DNA of 39,347 bases from Opitutales bacterium (GTDB lineage: Bacteria > Verrucomicrobiota > Verrucomicrobiia > Opitutales > JAFGAQ01). The stretch is from positions 1 to 39,347 of the forward strand of contig JAFGAQ010000180.1 in NCBI GenBank assembly GCA_016933595.1, given 5' to 3'. Position 1 is the first letter of the stretch; the number at the start of each line of letters is the position of its first letter. Under the pieces are notes generated by a model. That model was not told the origin of the DNA and made no database searches. It saw only the letters and a program-made list of their open reading frames with translations. A program made the position numbers and the translations under genes. This document shows, in pieces, positions 1 to 9,330 of the stretch.

Positions 1-136
1 ACGCCGCCTGCCGCTGCATCATCCCGATGAACATCTCCTTCTCCCCATCCTCCAGCAAGTGCTCACCCAAACAACACCGGCTCATCAGATGATATACGCC
101 ATCCCGACTCTGAACCACCATTCGCTTCCTCTTCAT
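1..136 (-). mobile_element. 5' portion of a Y1/HUH (REP-associated, RAYT/IS200-like) transposase, truncated by the window edge
   Basis: Manual translation of the minus strand from ATG at 136 gives MKRKRMVVQSRDGVYHLMSRCCLGEHLLEDGEKEMFIGMMQRQAA..., open to the edge. AAGGAG lies just upstream of the ATG. The basic N-terminus, YHxxSR and EKExF pattern matches the N-terminus of Y1_Tnp/RAYT proteins. The HUH motif would be outside the window. Confidence 0.6.
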
Positions 137-281
137 GATAAATCTCCTTTGCCAACCTACCCAACACACCCAAAACTGTCAATAAAGGCCCTGTGTTTTT
201 ATTTGATACACGAGTTTGATTGCACCCGGCTTGACCTGGGAATATGCGATGAGTAGCCTACCCGGAACACACTCGCAAACC

Positions 282-515
282 ATGGCTGACAAACATTCCA
301 AATTCGCTGACAATGTCCCGGGCAAATTCTACGTTGATGAGAACTGCATCGACTGCGACCTCTGCCGCGAGATGGCTCCTGACTTTTTCGGACGCAACGA
401 CGAGGAGGGGCATTCCTTTGTGCAGCGCCAACCGACGACTCCGGAAGACATCGCGCTTTGCAAGGAAGCGCTTAACGATTGCCCGGTGGAGGCGATTGGA
501 AATGACGGCGAGTAG
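282..515 (+). CDS. single-cluster [4Fe-4S] ferredoxin
   Basis: MADKHSK...FYVDENCIDCDLC...CKEALNDCPVEAIG: CxxCxxC plus distal CP motif, small and acidic. Start trimmed to ATG 282. Confidence 0.93.
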   Translation: MADKHSKFADNVPGKFYVDENCIDCDLCREMAPDFFGRNDEEGHSFVQRQPTTPEDIALCKEALNDCPVEAIGNDGE

Positions 516-641
516 GATGTGGATCCATCCAGAGAGCCCGCACCCTTTTTGATCCGTGCAGGGGCAGGAGAACATTCCAGCGACAGATGGGGGCATCAAC
601 GCTTGCAAGCCTGTCGGGTTTGGTGCTAGGCATTTGATATC

Positions 642-1463
642 ATGCATGATCAGGAGAAGAGCTTTGGCGTGTTTTTTATCGGAGCGGGGATGATGGGCGG
701 ATCCATGGTGCGATCGCTCATCCGTGGCAACGCTTTCCCGCCAGATCAAATTGGATGCTGTTCCGCCAAAGACGGAACAGCTGAGAAGCTGGCGGCTGAA
801 ACCGGTATAGCCGTTGTGGACTTTGATGCTGGACACCCGCCATCAACCAATGTTCTGGTTCTCGCTTGCAAGCCCCAACAGCTTTCAGCGCTCAGCTCGA
901 CCATCACCGGAGGTTTTAAGGATACCCTCCTTGTATCCATTCTCGCAGGAACTCCAATCTCGAAAATCAGGGAGCGATTCCCAACGGCTCGTGCAATTGT
1001 GCGCGCAATGCCCAACACACCGGGTAGCATCGGAGCCGGAATCACTGCATGGGCATCCGATCAAACACTGCAACCGAACGACGCGACCGCAGTGGCAACC
1101 GTTCTCGGTTCGCTCGGTGACGTCATCTTTACCAAGGAATCCGAACTGGACGCGGTTACCGCGATTTCCGGCAGTGGACCAGCCTACCTTTTTCTGTTCA
1201 CAGAAGCGCTCGAAAAGGCCGCCCGTGGATTTGGTTTTGACGAGGCAACCGCACTCAAACTGGCACGCCAGACCATAATCGGTGCGGCAAAATTGATGGA
1301 CGAAAGCCCATTGCATCCAAGTGAGCTCCGCCGCCAAGTCACCTCTCCCGGGGGAACTACGCAAGCGGCCGTCCAGTCATTTGAACAAGGGGGGCTCCAC
1401 GATCTCGTGAACAAGGCTACCCAAGCCGCACACGCCCGTTCCATCGAACTGAGCAAACTCTGA
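642..1463 (+). CDS. proC: pyrroline-5-carboxylate reductase
   Basis: FIGAGMMG Rossmann motif, LACKPQ, RAMPNTP, TAISGSGPAY, VTSPGGTT. Confidence 0.96.
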   Translation: MHDQEKSFGVFFIGAGMMGGSMVRSLIRGNAFPPDQIGCCSAKDGTAEKLAAETGIAVVDFDAGHPPSTNVLVLACKPQQLSALSSTITGGFKDTLLVSILAGTPISKIRERFPTARAIVRAMPNTPGSIGAGITAWASDQTLQPNDATAVATVLGSLGDVIFTKESELDAVTAISGSGPAYLFLFTEALEKAARGFGFDEATALKLARQTIIGAAKLMDESPLHPSELRRQVTSPGGTTQAAVQSFEQGGLHDLVNKATQAAHARSIELSKL

Positions 1464-1518
1464 CGGTTCCCCCTTCGGTCCATTCACACAGCCCTGTCAC
1501 CATCACCCAAAGGAACAC

Positions 1519-2295
1519 ATGACCCAGCCGCTCAGAATTATCTCATGGAATGTCAATGGAATCCGGGCATGCCTGAAGAAGGGATTTGAAGGGTTTATCC
1601 GTGAATATGATCCGGATATCCTATGCCTGCAGGAAATCAAAGCAGACCCGGTTGAGTTTTCCAAACTGGATTTTCCATTTCCCCATATCTACGCCAACTC
1701 TGCAGAAAAGAAAGGATACTCCGGAACCGCTGTGTTATCAAAGATCCCCGCGGAGGAGTGCATTCTTGGAATGCAAGATCCTGCCGATACCGGTGAAGGA
1801 CGGGTGATCTCCTGCCGATTCCGTGGCTTTGTTCTGGTAAATGTCTACACGCCAAACAGTCAGGATGGACTACGTCGCCTATCCTATCGTCAGCAGGAAT
1901 GGGATCCTGCCTTCCGGAGGTATCTCAATGAGTGGGACGCAAGGGTTCCTGTTATCTCTTGCGGGGATTTCAATGTGGCTCATCAAGAAATCGACATCGC
2001 ACGGCCTGATGCAAATCGTCGCAGCGCAGGCTTCACCGACGAGGAACGTGAGGAATTTGGCAAACTGCTCGATTCTGGTTTTGTGGATACCTTCCGCCAC
2101 TTCAACCCGAACGCCATGGATCAGTATACATGGTGGAGCTACAGAGCCGGAGCAAGACAACGCAACATCGGGTGGCGGATTGACTACTTTCTTGCTTCCC
2201 AAAGGTTGCTTCCAATGATTAAGCAAACGGCCATTTTCCAGAGTGTCGAGGGTTCAGACCATTGCCCGGTCATGATCGAACTTGCTTCAGCCTAA
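1519..2295 (+). CDS. xth: exodeoxyribonuclease III / AP endonuclease
   Basis: SWNVNGIR, LCLQEIK, GYSGTA, CGDFNVAH, YTWWSYR, GWRIDYFL, GSDHCPV. Confidence 0.96.
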   Translation: MTQPLRIISWNVNGIRACLKKGFEGFIREYDPDILCLQEIKADPVEFSKLDFPFPHIYANSAEKKGYSGTAVLSKIPAEECILGMQDPADTGEGRVISCRFRGFVLVNVYTPNSQDGLRRLSYRQQEWDPAFRRYLNEWDARVPVISCGDFNVAHQEIDIARPDANRRSAGFTDEEREEFGKLLDSGFVDTFRHFNPNAMDQYTWWSYRAGARQRNIGWRIDYFLASQRLLPMIKQTAIFQSVEGSDHCPVMIELASA

Positions 2296-2380
2296 TCTAG
2301 GGCCTACCCTGTTGGTTGATTCTCCAATGACAACCGGAGACGGTTATGATTCTGACAGCCACCCCTGCAATGAGCATCCT

Positions 2381-3541
2381 ATGTCGCTAATAAAAAGTCT
2401 GTTATGTTCCACCATGGTAATCGTACCCATGCTTCCCGCGTATGCGATCACTGAAAATACCAGCGCTTTCGAAGTGCGGATAGCCAAATGGCCGGATAAC
2501 CGCGACGCGGCCTTCAGTTTTACTTTCGACGACGGCTACGTCAGTCATTTCGAACAGGCCCGTCCTGTGCTCAACGACTTCGGATTCCACGGCACTTTTT
2601 ATGTGTATCCCGGGGCACTGTCTGATGCCCTACCCGGAAAATGGCGCCACGGAACATGGGCCATATTTCAGGAAATGGCCGACGAAGGACACGAAATCGG
2701 ATCACACACCGTCACCCATCCACGCTTGACGACGCTTCAGATGGGGAATGCTGAAACACCAGGCACCTTGCTCTACGAGCTGATCGAATCAAAGAATCTC
2801 ATTGAGCAGCGCATCCCAGCCGCTGTTCCTTGCATCACCTTTGCTTACCCGTACGTCGATCGCAATGATACGGTTGATGAGGCGGTCTCAAGGATCTACC
2901 TTTCCGCGCGGGGAGGAGGACAGGGCGGCAACGATGCGACAAACCCAGTCTGGATGAATCTCACATCGCCAGCTATCATGCATGATCAGCCAAGATCGCT
3001 GCTTTCTCAGGACATACACGAACTCTACGGTCAACTCGAAATGATCCATCAATCCATTCTGAAGGGAGAATGGCATATCCTGATGTTACATGAAATTGTG
3101 CCGCAGGCCGAAATCCCCGATGCGATTGCGCAAGGATCCTGGGAACCGGTCTCGACCGAAGCTTTCACAATTCTGTGTCAATGGATGGAAACAAGGGCAA
3201 AAGCGGGAGACATCTGGGTGGACACTATGGGTAATCTCACCCGCTACGTTCGGGAACGGAACGACACCCGGACCCAAGTTCTCAGCGCCAACGATGATAC
3301 GCTAGTCTTCACGCTCAACAATGAGTTGGACGATTCCGTTTTCAACTACCCGCTTACAGTGCTGGTATCCGTACCCGATGGATGGACCCACGCATCGGTC
3401 ATCCAAGGGGAACACCAACAAAACTGCGTCGTGGACACAACTGGCGGGAACACCATCAAATGCCGGATTCTACCGGATCAAGGAATTGTCACGGTTTCGG
3501 TCCAATACTCTGAGACTCCTCCGCCCGGCGGGAATCCCTGA
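2381..3541 (+). CDS. secreted polysaccharide deacetylase (NodB/CE4 fold) with C-terminal beta-rich domain
   Basis: TFDDG, HEIGSHTVTHP, FAYPY and ILMLHE motifs. A signal-peptide-like N-terminus follows ATG 2381 (start inferred). Confidence 0.85.
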   Translation: MSLIKSLLCSTMVIVPMLPAYAITENTSAFEVRIAKWPDNRDAAFSFTFDDGYVSHFEQARPVLNDFGFHGTFYVYPGALSDALPGKWRHGTWAIFQEMADEGHEIGSHTVTHPRLTTLQMGNAETPGTLLYELIESKNLIEQRIPAAVPCITFAYPYVDRNDTVDEAVSRIYLSARGGGQGGNDATNPVWMNLTSPAIMHDQPRSLLSQDIHELYGQLEMIHQSILKGEWHILMLHEIVPQAEIPDAIAQGSWEPVSTEAFTILCQWMETRAKAGDIWVDTMGNLTRYVRERNDTRTQVLSANDDTLVFTLNNELDDSVFNYPLTVLVSVPDGWTHASVIQGEHQQNCVVDTTGGNTIKCRILPDQGIVTVSVQYSETPPPGGNP

Positions 3542-4325
3542 CGCTCCGGTCCACCCATTTCCGAAACTCACAAACAGTTTCAAGATAGGCTACTCCGCCC
3601 TTCAGGGAGACATCATTGTGGCCCGCCCCTTCGATCCAGAAGAAGAGTTTGGGATCATTCGCCAGATCCCACAGTTTTTTACCGTGTGAAAAAGGAACCA
3701 CTTCGTCTTCTGTCCCATGAACGACTAACAGGGGAACTGTGGACTCCCTGATTCTGGATGCGTTGTCAAAACGATCCCACGGAATAACCCGAAAGGGCAT
3801 ATACACCCGCTGAGCCGATAGGAATGCACTCTCAAGGATCAATCCTCCAACTGGATGGGAAGTCGCCAAGTTAAGAGAAGGTCCACCACCCATAGAACGC
3901 CCTAACAAGAAAACCCGTTCGGGAGGATAACCCAGATCCTTCGTAACGTAGGAATAGACACTCTCGACAGCAGCATAGGTGCCGGATTCTGACGGGGAAC
4001 CGGAACTCAAACCATATCCGGGATAATCGTAAGCGAACACATCAAAACCCAAAGCTGAAAAGCCGCCCAGATAGCCACCCATTCTCCCGATATCCTCCCC
4101 ATTGCCATGGCTCACGATGAGAGCATGACTCGGATTTCCTTCGCGCATTCGAAGGAAAACAATCCGATCGCCCGCTGAGGACTCAAGAACCCCCATGCCC
4201 GGTCCGATTCGATACCCAGGGGGCGGCACGGGAAAGACCAAGGCATCACCCACAAAAGCCACAATAATCCAAAGCAGCAGCCACATCACCCCGATTGCCG
4301 CCAGAATCTGCACAAGTATTCGCAT
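3489..4325 (-). CDS. membrane-anchored alpha/beta hydrolase (ABHD17/Bem46-like)
   Basis: N-terminal TM helix, HGNGED, YDYPGYG, nucleophile GRSMGG, HGTEDEVVP, GAGHND triad. Confidence 0.9.
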   Translation of the reverse strand: MRILVQILAAIGVMWLLLWIIVAFVGDALVFPVPPPGYRIGPGMGVLESSAGDRIVFLRMREGNPSHALIVSHGNGEDIGRMGGYLGGFSALGFDVFAYDYPGYGLSSGSPSESGTYAAVESVYSYVTKDLGYPPERVFLLGRSMGGGPSLNLATSHPVGGLILESAFLSAQRVYMPFRVIPWDRFDNASRIRESTVPLLVVHGTEDEVVPFSHGKKLWDLANDPKLFFWIEGAGHNDVSLKGGVAYLETVCEFRKWVDRSVRDSRRAEESQSIGPKP

Positions 4326-4540
4326 GATTGTCAGGAAAGGATACCGCCTTTGCACATGTCGACAGACTGAGCTTTCCGTTGAAAACAGGGATCATCGCGA
4401 CGCTGTGACGCAAATGCACGCAAAAAAAAGCGTCGCCGATCTATTGAGTCCGCAAGGCGCCACCGGCAACCGGTAACCTACAGCAAACAACGCCCGACAA
4501 ACCCACTCCTGCTGAACCGGGACCCCTGACAGCCCAACGC

Positions 4541-5869
4541 CTATGGGTTCACGCTGAAAGAGGGAGCCCACCACGCGACCCCCTCATAAATCAGAGAATC
4601 TGCCCGGTCCGCGATCAATTGATCCCTTTCGGCCACATCACCCGTAAAGAAATGGCTGCCGGTTGAAGGGTGAAAAAACCGGAACACCGGCAAGCCCCCA
4701 TCCACGGGACCACTATAGACATAAAAAGCGATCCCATCATAGGTGTAGGTTTCGGACAGATGAGCAATGACGCTCTCACGCTCCGACTCCATAGCCGTGT
4801 AAAAATGGCCGCCTCCCCTCCGACTGAAACGATAGACCGGAACCACACCATCCAAATCCGGGCCGGCGAACACGGGATGGACAATTTTCTCGTACACAAA
4901 ATCCGGTTCGTGCATTTCGAGGCGCCCCCGTTCGACTTCAGAAGCCGTAAAGAAATGACTGTCGTTGTCGAGCCGGTGAAACCGGTGAAGGGATTCAATC
5001 GTATCCGGAGCCTCAATACGAAAAGTAATCAGTGCCTGAATCCCGAAAGGGAAACCAACTGTCACTTGGCGAAATTCCATAGTGCGGGGTTCGTGAAACC
5101 AACCATCGTGACACACCACAAGATTGCCTGACTTTGCCCGATGGTATCCGATAATTGGAATCGCATGATCGATCCTCCCGTCGCCATCGCTATCGGCTGA
5201 GCCAATGAGCGGCCGACCGGCCTGTATTTCTGCTACAATCAACTCGAAGCTATCTTCGAGGTTCTCCACGGTAACGGGCAATAAGTCACTGCTCTCAACC
5301 ACTGCCTCCGGATGCCGATCCAACACAAAGGCCTTGATCCCCGAAATCACGTTCTCCGGCCAAGTTGATCCATAGCTCAGCATCAATGCACTCCAGGAAG
5401 TCCGGAGGTAGTCCGCCACAGAATTGTCCACATGCGCGCCGCCCAATGTGGATCGATCCGCCAGAATCCAGTAGCCCGAATCCATTGGCAGCGAATAGTT
5501 CGAATAGTGCTCCGGACTCGCAATCGTGGACTCGGTCCGGGAATCAAGGTAGTGGGTTTCTTCCCTGCCCATCGGGATCACCCCGGCATCTCCGGGAAAC
5601 AGGTATGGAAACCCATGGGCATCATAGTAGGCCAGGAACATAGCTGCGGCGGTCGGAGCGCATCCATGCAGCCAGATGTAGGTGGGCATGCCCTCCAACA
5701 CCAGCGAACCGGCCGTATCGGTTTCATCGTACAATACCGGGAGGGAGAATTGCACCAAGGGAGGAGGCGTGGAAGGGCTGTCAAAACAATCCGGACTCTG
5801 GGAAGCCGCGAGCATCAGCCCGACAAGCCCCATCCAACAACCAAAAGCGTGGAACAACCCCTTCATCAC
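4541..5869 (-). CDS. secreted C39-like cysteine peptidase with three C-terminal DUF5648-type repeats
   Basis: HGCAPTAAAM (Cys) and DHAIPIIGY (His). Repeats LHRF..SHFFTA..ER, VYRF..GHFYTA..ER and VFRF..SHFFT..ER, each followed by YE/YDG. Confidence 0.7.
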   Translation of the reverse strand: MMKGLFHAFGCWMGLVGLMLAASQSPDCFDSPSTPPPLVQFSLPVLYDETDTAGSLVLEGMPTYIWLHGCAPTAAAMFLAYYDAHGFPYLFPGDAGVIPMGREETHYLDSRTESTIASPEHYSNYSLPMDSGYWILADRSTLGGAHVDNSVADYLRTSWSALMLSYGSTWPENVISGIKAFVLDRHPEAVVESSDLLPVTVENLEDSFELIVAEIQAGRPLIGSADSDGDGRIDHAIPIIGYHRAKSGNLVVCHDGWFHEPRTMEFRQVTVGFPFGIQALITFRIEAPDTIESLHRFHRLDNDSHFFTASEVERGRLEMHEPDFVYEKIVHPVFAGPDLDGVVPVYRFSRRGGGHFYTAMESERESVIAHLSETYTYDGIAFYVYSGPVDGGLPVFRFFHPSTGSHFFTGDVAERDQLIADRADSLIYEGVAWWAPSFSVNP

Positions 5870-5986
5870 AGATCACAAACTGGAACCATGCCGGGAAGCT
5901 ACACCATATTTGCATCCGGTTCCAGTCGGAAATCCGCTCCATTTTGCCATTGATCAACCAGCGCCTTGCGTTTGACACTAGGTCTC

Positions 5987-7414
5987 ATGTCACGCAAATC
6001 CAGAATAGCGGCCGGGATCATTCTTGTGATCACCGGATGCATCGGGTTCTGGCTGTTCGCCCGTCGGGATTCCTCCGGCACGGCGGCTTCATTTCTTCCC
6101 GACACACCGGACATGTCCGGGTGGTCAACCGAATGGATTGCGACAATGGAGAGCCTCGAAGATTCCGTAGCCTCAAAAGGGAACATCCGGAATCTCGGCG
6201 AATTGGGGCTGAACTACCATGCAAACGGGTTTTATCAGGAAGCCTCCCTCGTATATGAAGGAATGATGGAACTCGATCCGGCGAATCCATTGTGGCCTTA
6301 CCTTTATGCCGATATTCTGTCCGGGTTTGGCAAGTTAGAAGACGCAATTGAACTACTCAACGCAACCCTGAGACTGGATCCGACCTACCACACCGCCAAA
6401 CTGCGCCTCGCCGAGGGCCTCCAGAAACTTAACCGGACCGATGAAGCGCGGGAACAATTCTACTCCTGTCTGGAGAGCAACCCAAAGGACTTTCACGCCA
6501 TCATCGGATTGGCCAGAATCCACATGGAACAGCTGGACTGGAGTGCTGCCGAGACACGGCTTCGCCAGGCCATTTCGATCAAACCGGAAATTGGAGCTCC
6601 CTACGCATTGCTCGAAAGTGTTTACACCCAAAACGGACGAGCCACCGATGCCGCCAACATCCGTATTGCAGGAACCGGAAAACCGGCCCATGAGGAACCG
6701 CCGGACCCGTGGAAAGATCCGCTCATCGACCGATGTCAGGATTCCTATCGTTTGCGGGTAACCGCCGCGACGCCGCGGTATGAAAACAACCCCGATGCCG
6801 CCATTGCCTTGCTTGAGCGGGCCATCCGGATATCGCCGGATGAAACGGCCATCCATCAGCAACTGGGTATGCTGTTGTTTCGAAACGCCCACCCCCAACA
6901 GGCGGTTTCCCATCTCGAGACAGCCGTCAGGCTCGCACCTGAGGATCCGGATGGCTGGTCTTTCCTGGTTCATGTCCTCACCGAAACCGGACAATATGGG
7001 AAAGCCAGGAACCAGACCATCATCGGCTTGTCCCACTGCCCTCAAGCACCTGGCCTTCACTTGGAAAGGGCCCGCCAACAAATTGCAGACGGCGACCACC
7101 CTTCCGCAATCCGTTCCCTGCAGACCCTGATTCACCTGCGTCCGGAGGAATCGGTCGGATACATCGAACTCGCCCGCGCATACTTTGGAATCGATCAAGT
7201 TGATGAGGGAATTCAACAGATGAGACGCGCATTGGAAGTCGAACCTGGGCATCCGGTCGCCATCACCACGCTAACCTTGCACGCCATCGAGTCGGGAGAC
7301 GAAAACAAAGCCCGTCGCTTGTTCTCGGACATCACCGCCCAACTGCGCGTTCCACCATCCGACATCAAGCAGCTAACCGCAGCGTTCTTGGAAAAATTCG
7401 GAAGCCAGCCATGA
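5987..7414 (+). CDS. membrane-anchored tetratricopeptide repeat protein
   Basis: One N-terminal TM segment then many TPR-like units (e.g. AIALLERAIRISPD, HLETAVRLAPED, MRRALEVEPGH). Confidence 0.85.
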   Translation: MSRKSRIAAGIILVITGCIGFWLFARRDSSGTAASFLPDTPDMSGWSTEWIATMESLEDSVASKGNIRNLGELGLNYHANGFYQEASLVYEGMMELDPANPLWPYLYADILSGFGKLEDAIELLNATLRLDPTYHTAKLRLAEGLQKLNRTDEAREQFYSCLESNPKDFHAIIGLARIHMEQLDWSAAETRLRQAISIKPEIGAPYALLESVYTQNGRATDAANIRIAGTGKPAHEEPPDPWKDPLIDRCQDSYRLRVTAATPRYENNPDAAIALLERAIRISPDETAIHQQLGMLLFRNAHPQQAVSHLETAVRLAPEDPDGWSFLVHVLTETGQYGKARNQTIIGLSHCPQAPGLHLERARQQIADGDHPSAIRSLQTLIHLRPEESVGYIELARAYFGIDQVDEGIQQMRRALEVEPGHPVAITTLTLHAIESGDENKARRLFSDITAQLRVPPSDIKQLTAAFLEKFGSQP

Positions 7415-8772
7415 AACGTCCCCTTTTCAGATCCTGCGAACCGGTCGGCCGATCGCGCAAGTCAACGGAGAACCGCGATTCAGGCCCAACCCGTCTTCTC
7501 ATGTTACTGAGCTCAATTGCGTTTGTCTTATGCTTATCCGGATGCGACTCCAAGCCCAAACCCACGCGGGCCACCCGGCTATCCACCCCAAACCACATCC
7601 ATCAATCGACCGACCTGTTGAAACCGGTTCCAATTGGAGCGGATTTCGCCAACCACCCGTGGATTGCCCATGTCATTGTAACCGACCTCGATCAGGATGG
7701 ACTGAACGACATCCTCGCGTGTGAGTCCCGGGAAAACAAAGTCCTTTGGCTCAGACAAACCGGCGGCCTCCGGTTTGAGGAAATTGTCTTGCATGAGGGG
7801 ACTCCCGCACCTGTTCACTCCGAGGCGTTCGACATGGATGGAGACGGCGATCTCGACATCCTGCTTTCGAGCATGGGTCAGGTCTTCCCCAACAACGACA
7901 AGATCGGAGCCGTGGTGATTCTCGAGAATGATGGGAATATGGGCTTCACGCCCCATGTCATAGCGGACAAGATCGCTCGGGTATGCGACATCCGTGCGGG
8001 AGACCTCGATGGCGACGGGCTTCCCGATCTGGCGGTTGCGCAGTTCGGGTATGATCAGGGCGAACTGCGTTGGATGCGCAACCTTGGGCATGACTGGCAG
8101 TTCGAGAGCATCATTCTGCTAAGCTTGTCGGGCCCCGTGAATGTTTTGGTGGCGGATTTCACCGGAAACGGGCACCTCGATATCGTGTCCAACGTCACCC
8201 AGCAATGGGAAGAGGTCTACCTTTTCGCGAATCAAGGTGGCGGCCGCTTCGTTTCCAAGGTGATCTTCGGTTCCACCAACGAAGACTACGGCAGCAGCGG
8301 TATCAGCACCGCCGATCTGAACCGGGACGGGCGCTGCGACATTCTTCTCTCGAACGGAGACGGATTTGACTATGCCGAACCCGGCCCACGCCCGTGGCAC
8401 GGCGTCCAATGGCTCGAAAACATGGATGGAGGATTCTTCCGCCACCATTGGATCGGAGATATGCCCGGAGCCTACAGCCCGGTTGAAATCGATCTCGATC
8501 GCGACGGGTTTCGGGATGTTGTGGCTGTCAGCGGGTTTAACGATTGGAGCAAAGCGGATGCCGCTTCTCTCATGTGGTTCAGGAACGATGGAAACCAGCG
8601 GTTTGAGGCCCATGTGCTCGCGTATCGTCCCACGCACCTCATGTGTGCCGCCGCAGGAGATCTGGAGGGCGGCGGAGATCTCACACTCGTGACGGGAGGG
8701 TTTCACGCCTATCCTCCCTACACGCACCGGAGCCGGCTTCTCAGATGGGAGAAGGCCGACCCGGAAAAATAA
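7411..8772 (+). CDS. FG-GAP/VCBS repeat beta-propeller lipoprotein
   Basis: About seven DxDxDGxxD Ca-binding loops (DLDQDGLND, DMDGDGDLD, DLDGDGLPD, DLNRDGRCD, DLDRDGFRD) and lipobox LSGC. ATGA overlap with the TPR gene. True start may be 7501. Confidence 0.85.
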   Translation: MKRPLFRSCEPVGRSRKSTENRDSGPTRLLMLLSSIAFVLCLSGCDSKPKPTRATRLSTPNHIHQSTDLLKPVPIGADFANHPWIAHVIVTDLDQDGLNDILACESRENKVLWLRQTGGLRFEEIVLHEGTPAPVHSEAFDMDGDGDLDILLSSMGQVFPNNDKIGAVVILENDGNMGFTPHVIADKIARVCDIRAGDLDGDGLPDLAVAQFGYDQGELRWMRNLGHDWQFESIILLSLSGPVNVLVADFTGNGHLDIVSNVTQQWEEVYLFANQGGGRFVSKVIFGSTNEDYGSSGISTADLNRDGRCDILLSNGDGFDYAEPGPRPWHGVQWLENMDGGFFRHHWIGDMPGAYSPVEIDLDRDGFRDVVAVSGFNDWSKADAASLMWFRNDGNQRFEAHVLAYRPTHLMCAAAGDLEGGGDLTLVTGGFHAYPPYTHRSRLLRWEKADPEK

Positions 8773-8786
8773 GATGCGCTGATTCA

Positions 8787-8815
8787 TGCCGGATGTGCCC
8801 GGAAAGCATCCGGCA
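8787..8815. repeat. GC-rich palindrome between convergent genes (terminator or REP-like)
   Basis: TGCCGGATG-N11-CATCCGGCA, perfect 9-bp stem, no T-tract. Confidence 0.55.
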
Positions 8816-8844
8816 CACACCAGCCCGAACCTGGCAGGTCAGGA

Positions 8845-9330
8845 TCAGGACTTCTTGGATGCCGAAGCCTTGCTTGCCTTCGGAGCTTTCGGCAGAGTCG
8901 AACGGATCATCCACAACGCTTTTTCAAGCCATTGAATGTGATCTCCGTAGAGATTGCCCGTCGGGATGTCCCCTGCTTCATCCGCCATCCCATTGATCTT
9001 CTGAGCATCCTTGAGCAATACCTCGAAGTCAGCTTCCACCGCCTTGAGCACCTGCTCAGCCGTGAAACAATCCCCGCTCTCCTCTTTCAGAGAAGCGTTG
9101 TCGAGGTAGTCTTTTACCTTAGCAAAAGGCTTTGATCCCTTCTGGAGAATCCTTTCGGCCACATCATCGAAAAAGCCAAAAAAATACTCATAGTATTTCT
9201 CGGTCAGTTCATGAATGCCAAAAAACTGCAGTCCACTCACGTTCCAGTGGTAGTTATGCAGCTTGATATTGATCACATGCAAATCCGCCAGGTTGCAGTT
9301 CATCGCTGACACAAGGTCTTTTTTACTCAT
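8845..9330 (-). CDS. dps: Dps family DNA-protection ferritin-like protein
   Basis: KLHNYHWNVSG..F..IHEL, DDVAERI, EKALWM; AAGGA RBS upstream of ATG 9330. Confidence 0.95.
   Translation of the reverse strand: MSKKDLVSAMNCNLADLHVINIKLHNYHWNVSGLQFFGIHELTEKYYEYFFGFFDDVAERILQKGSKPFAKVKDYLDNASLKEESGDCFTAEQVLKAVEADFEVLLKDAQKINGMADEAGDIPTGNLYGDHIQWLEKALWMIRSTLPKAPKASKASASKKS

Noticed and set aside
59-256. 65-aa plus-strand ORF
   Set aside because: It lies antisense to the better-supported transposase-like frame and has no recognisable features.
7680-8690. Recurrent GAC/GAT-rich repeats that could suggest an array
   Set aside because: They are the coding DxDxDG loops of the FG-GAP protein, not CRISPR or DNA-level repeats.
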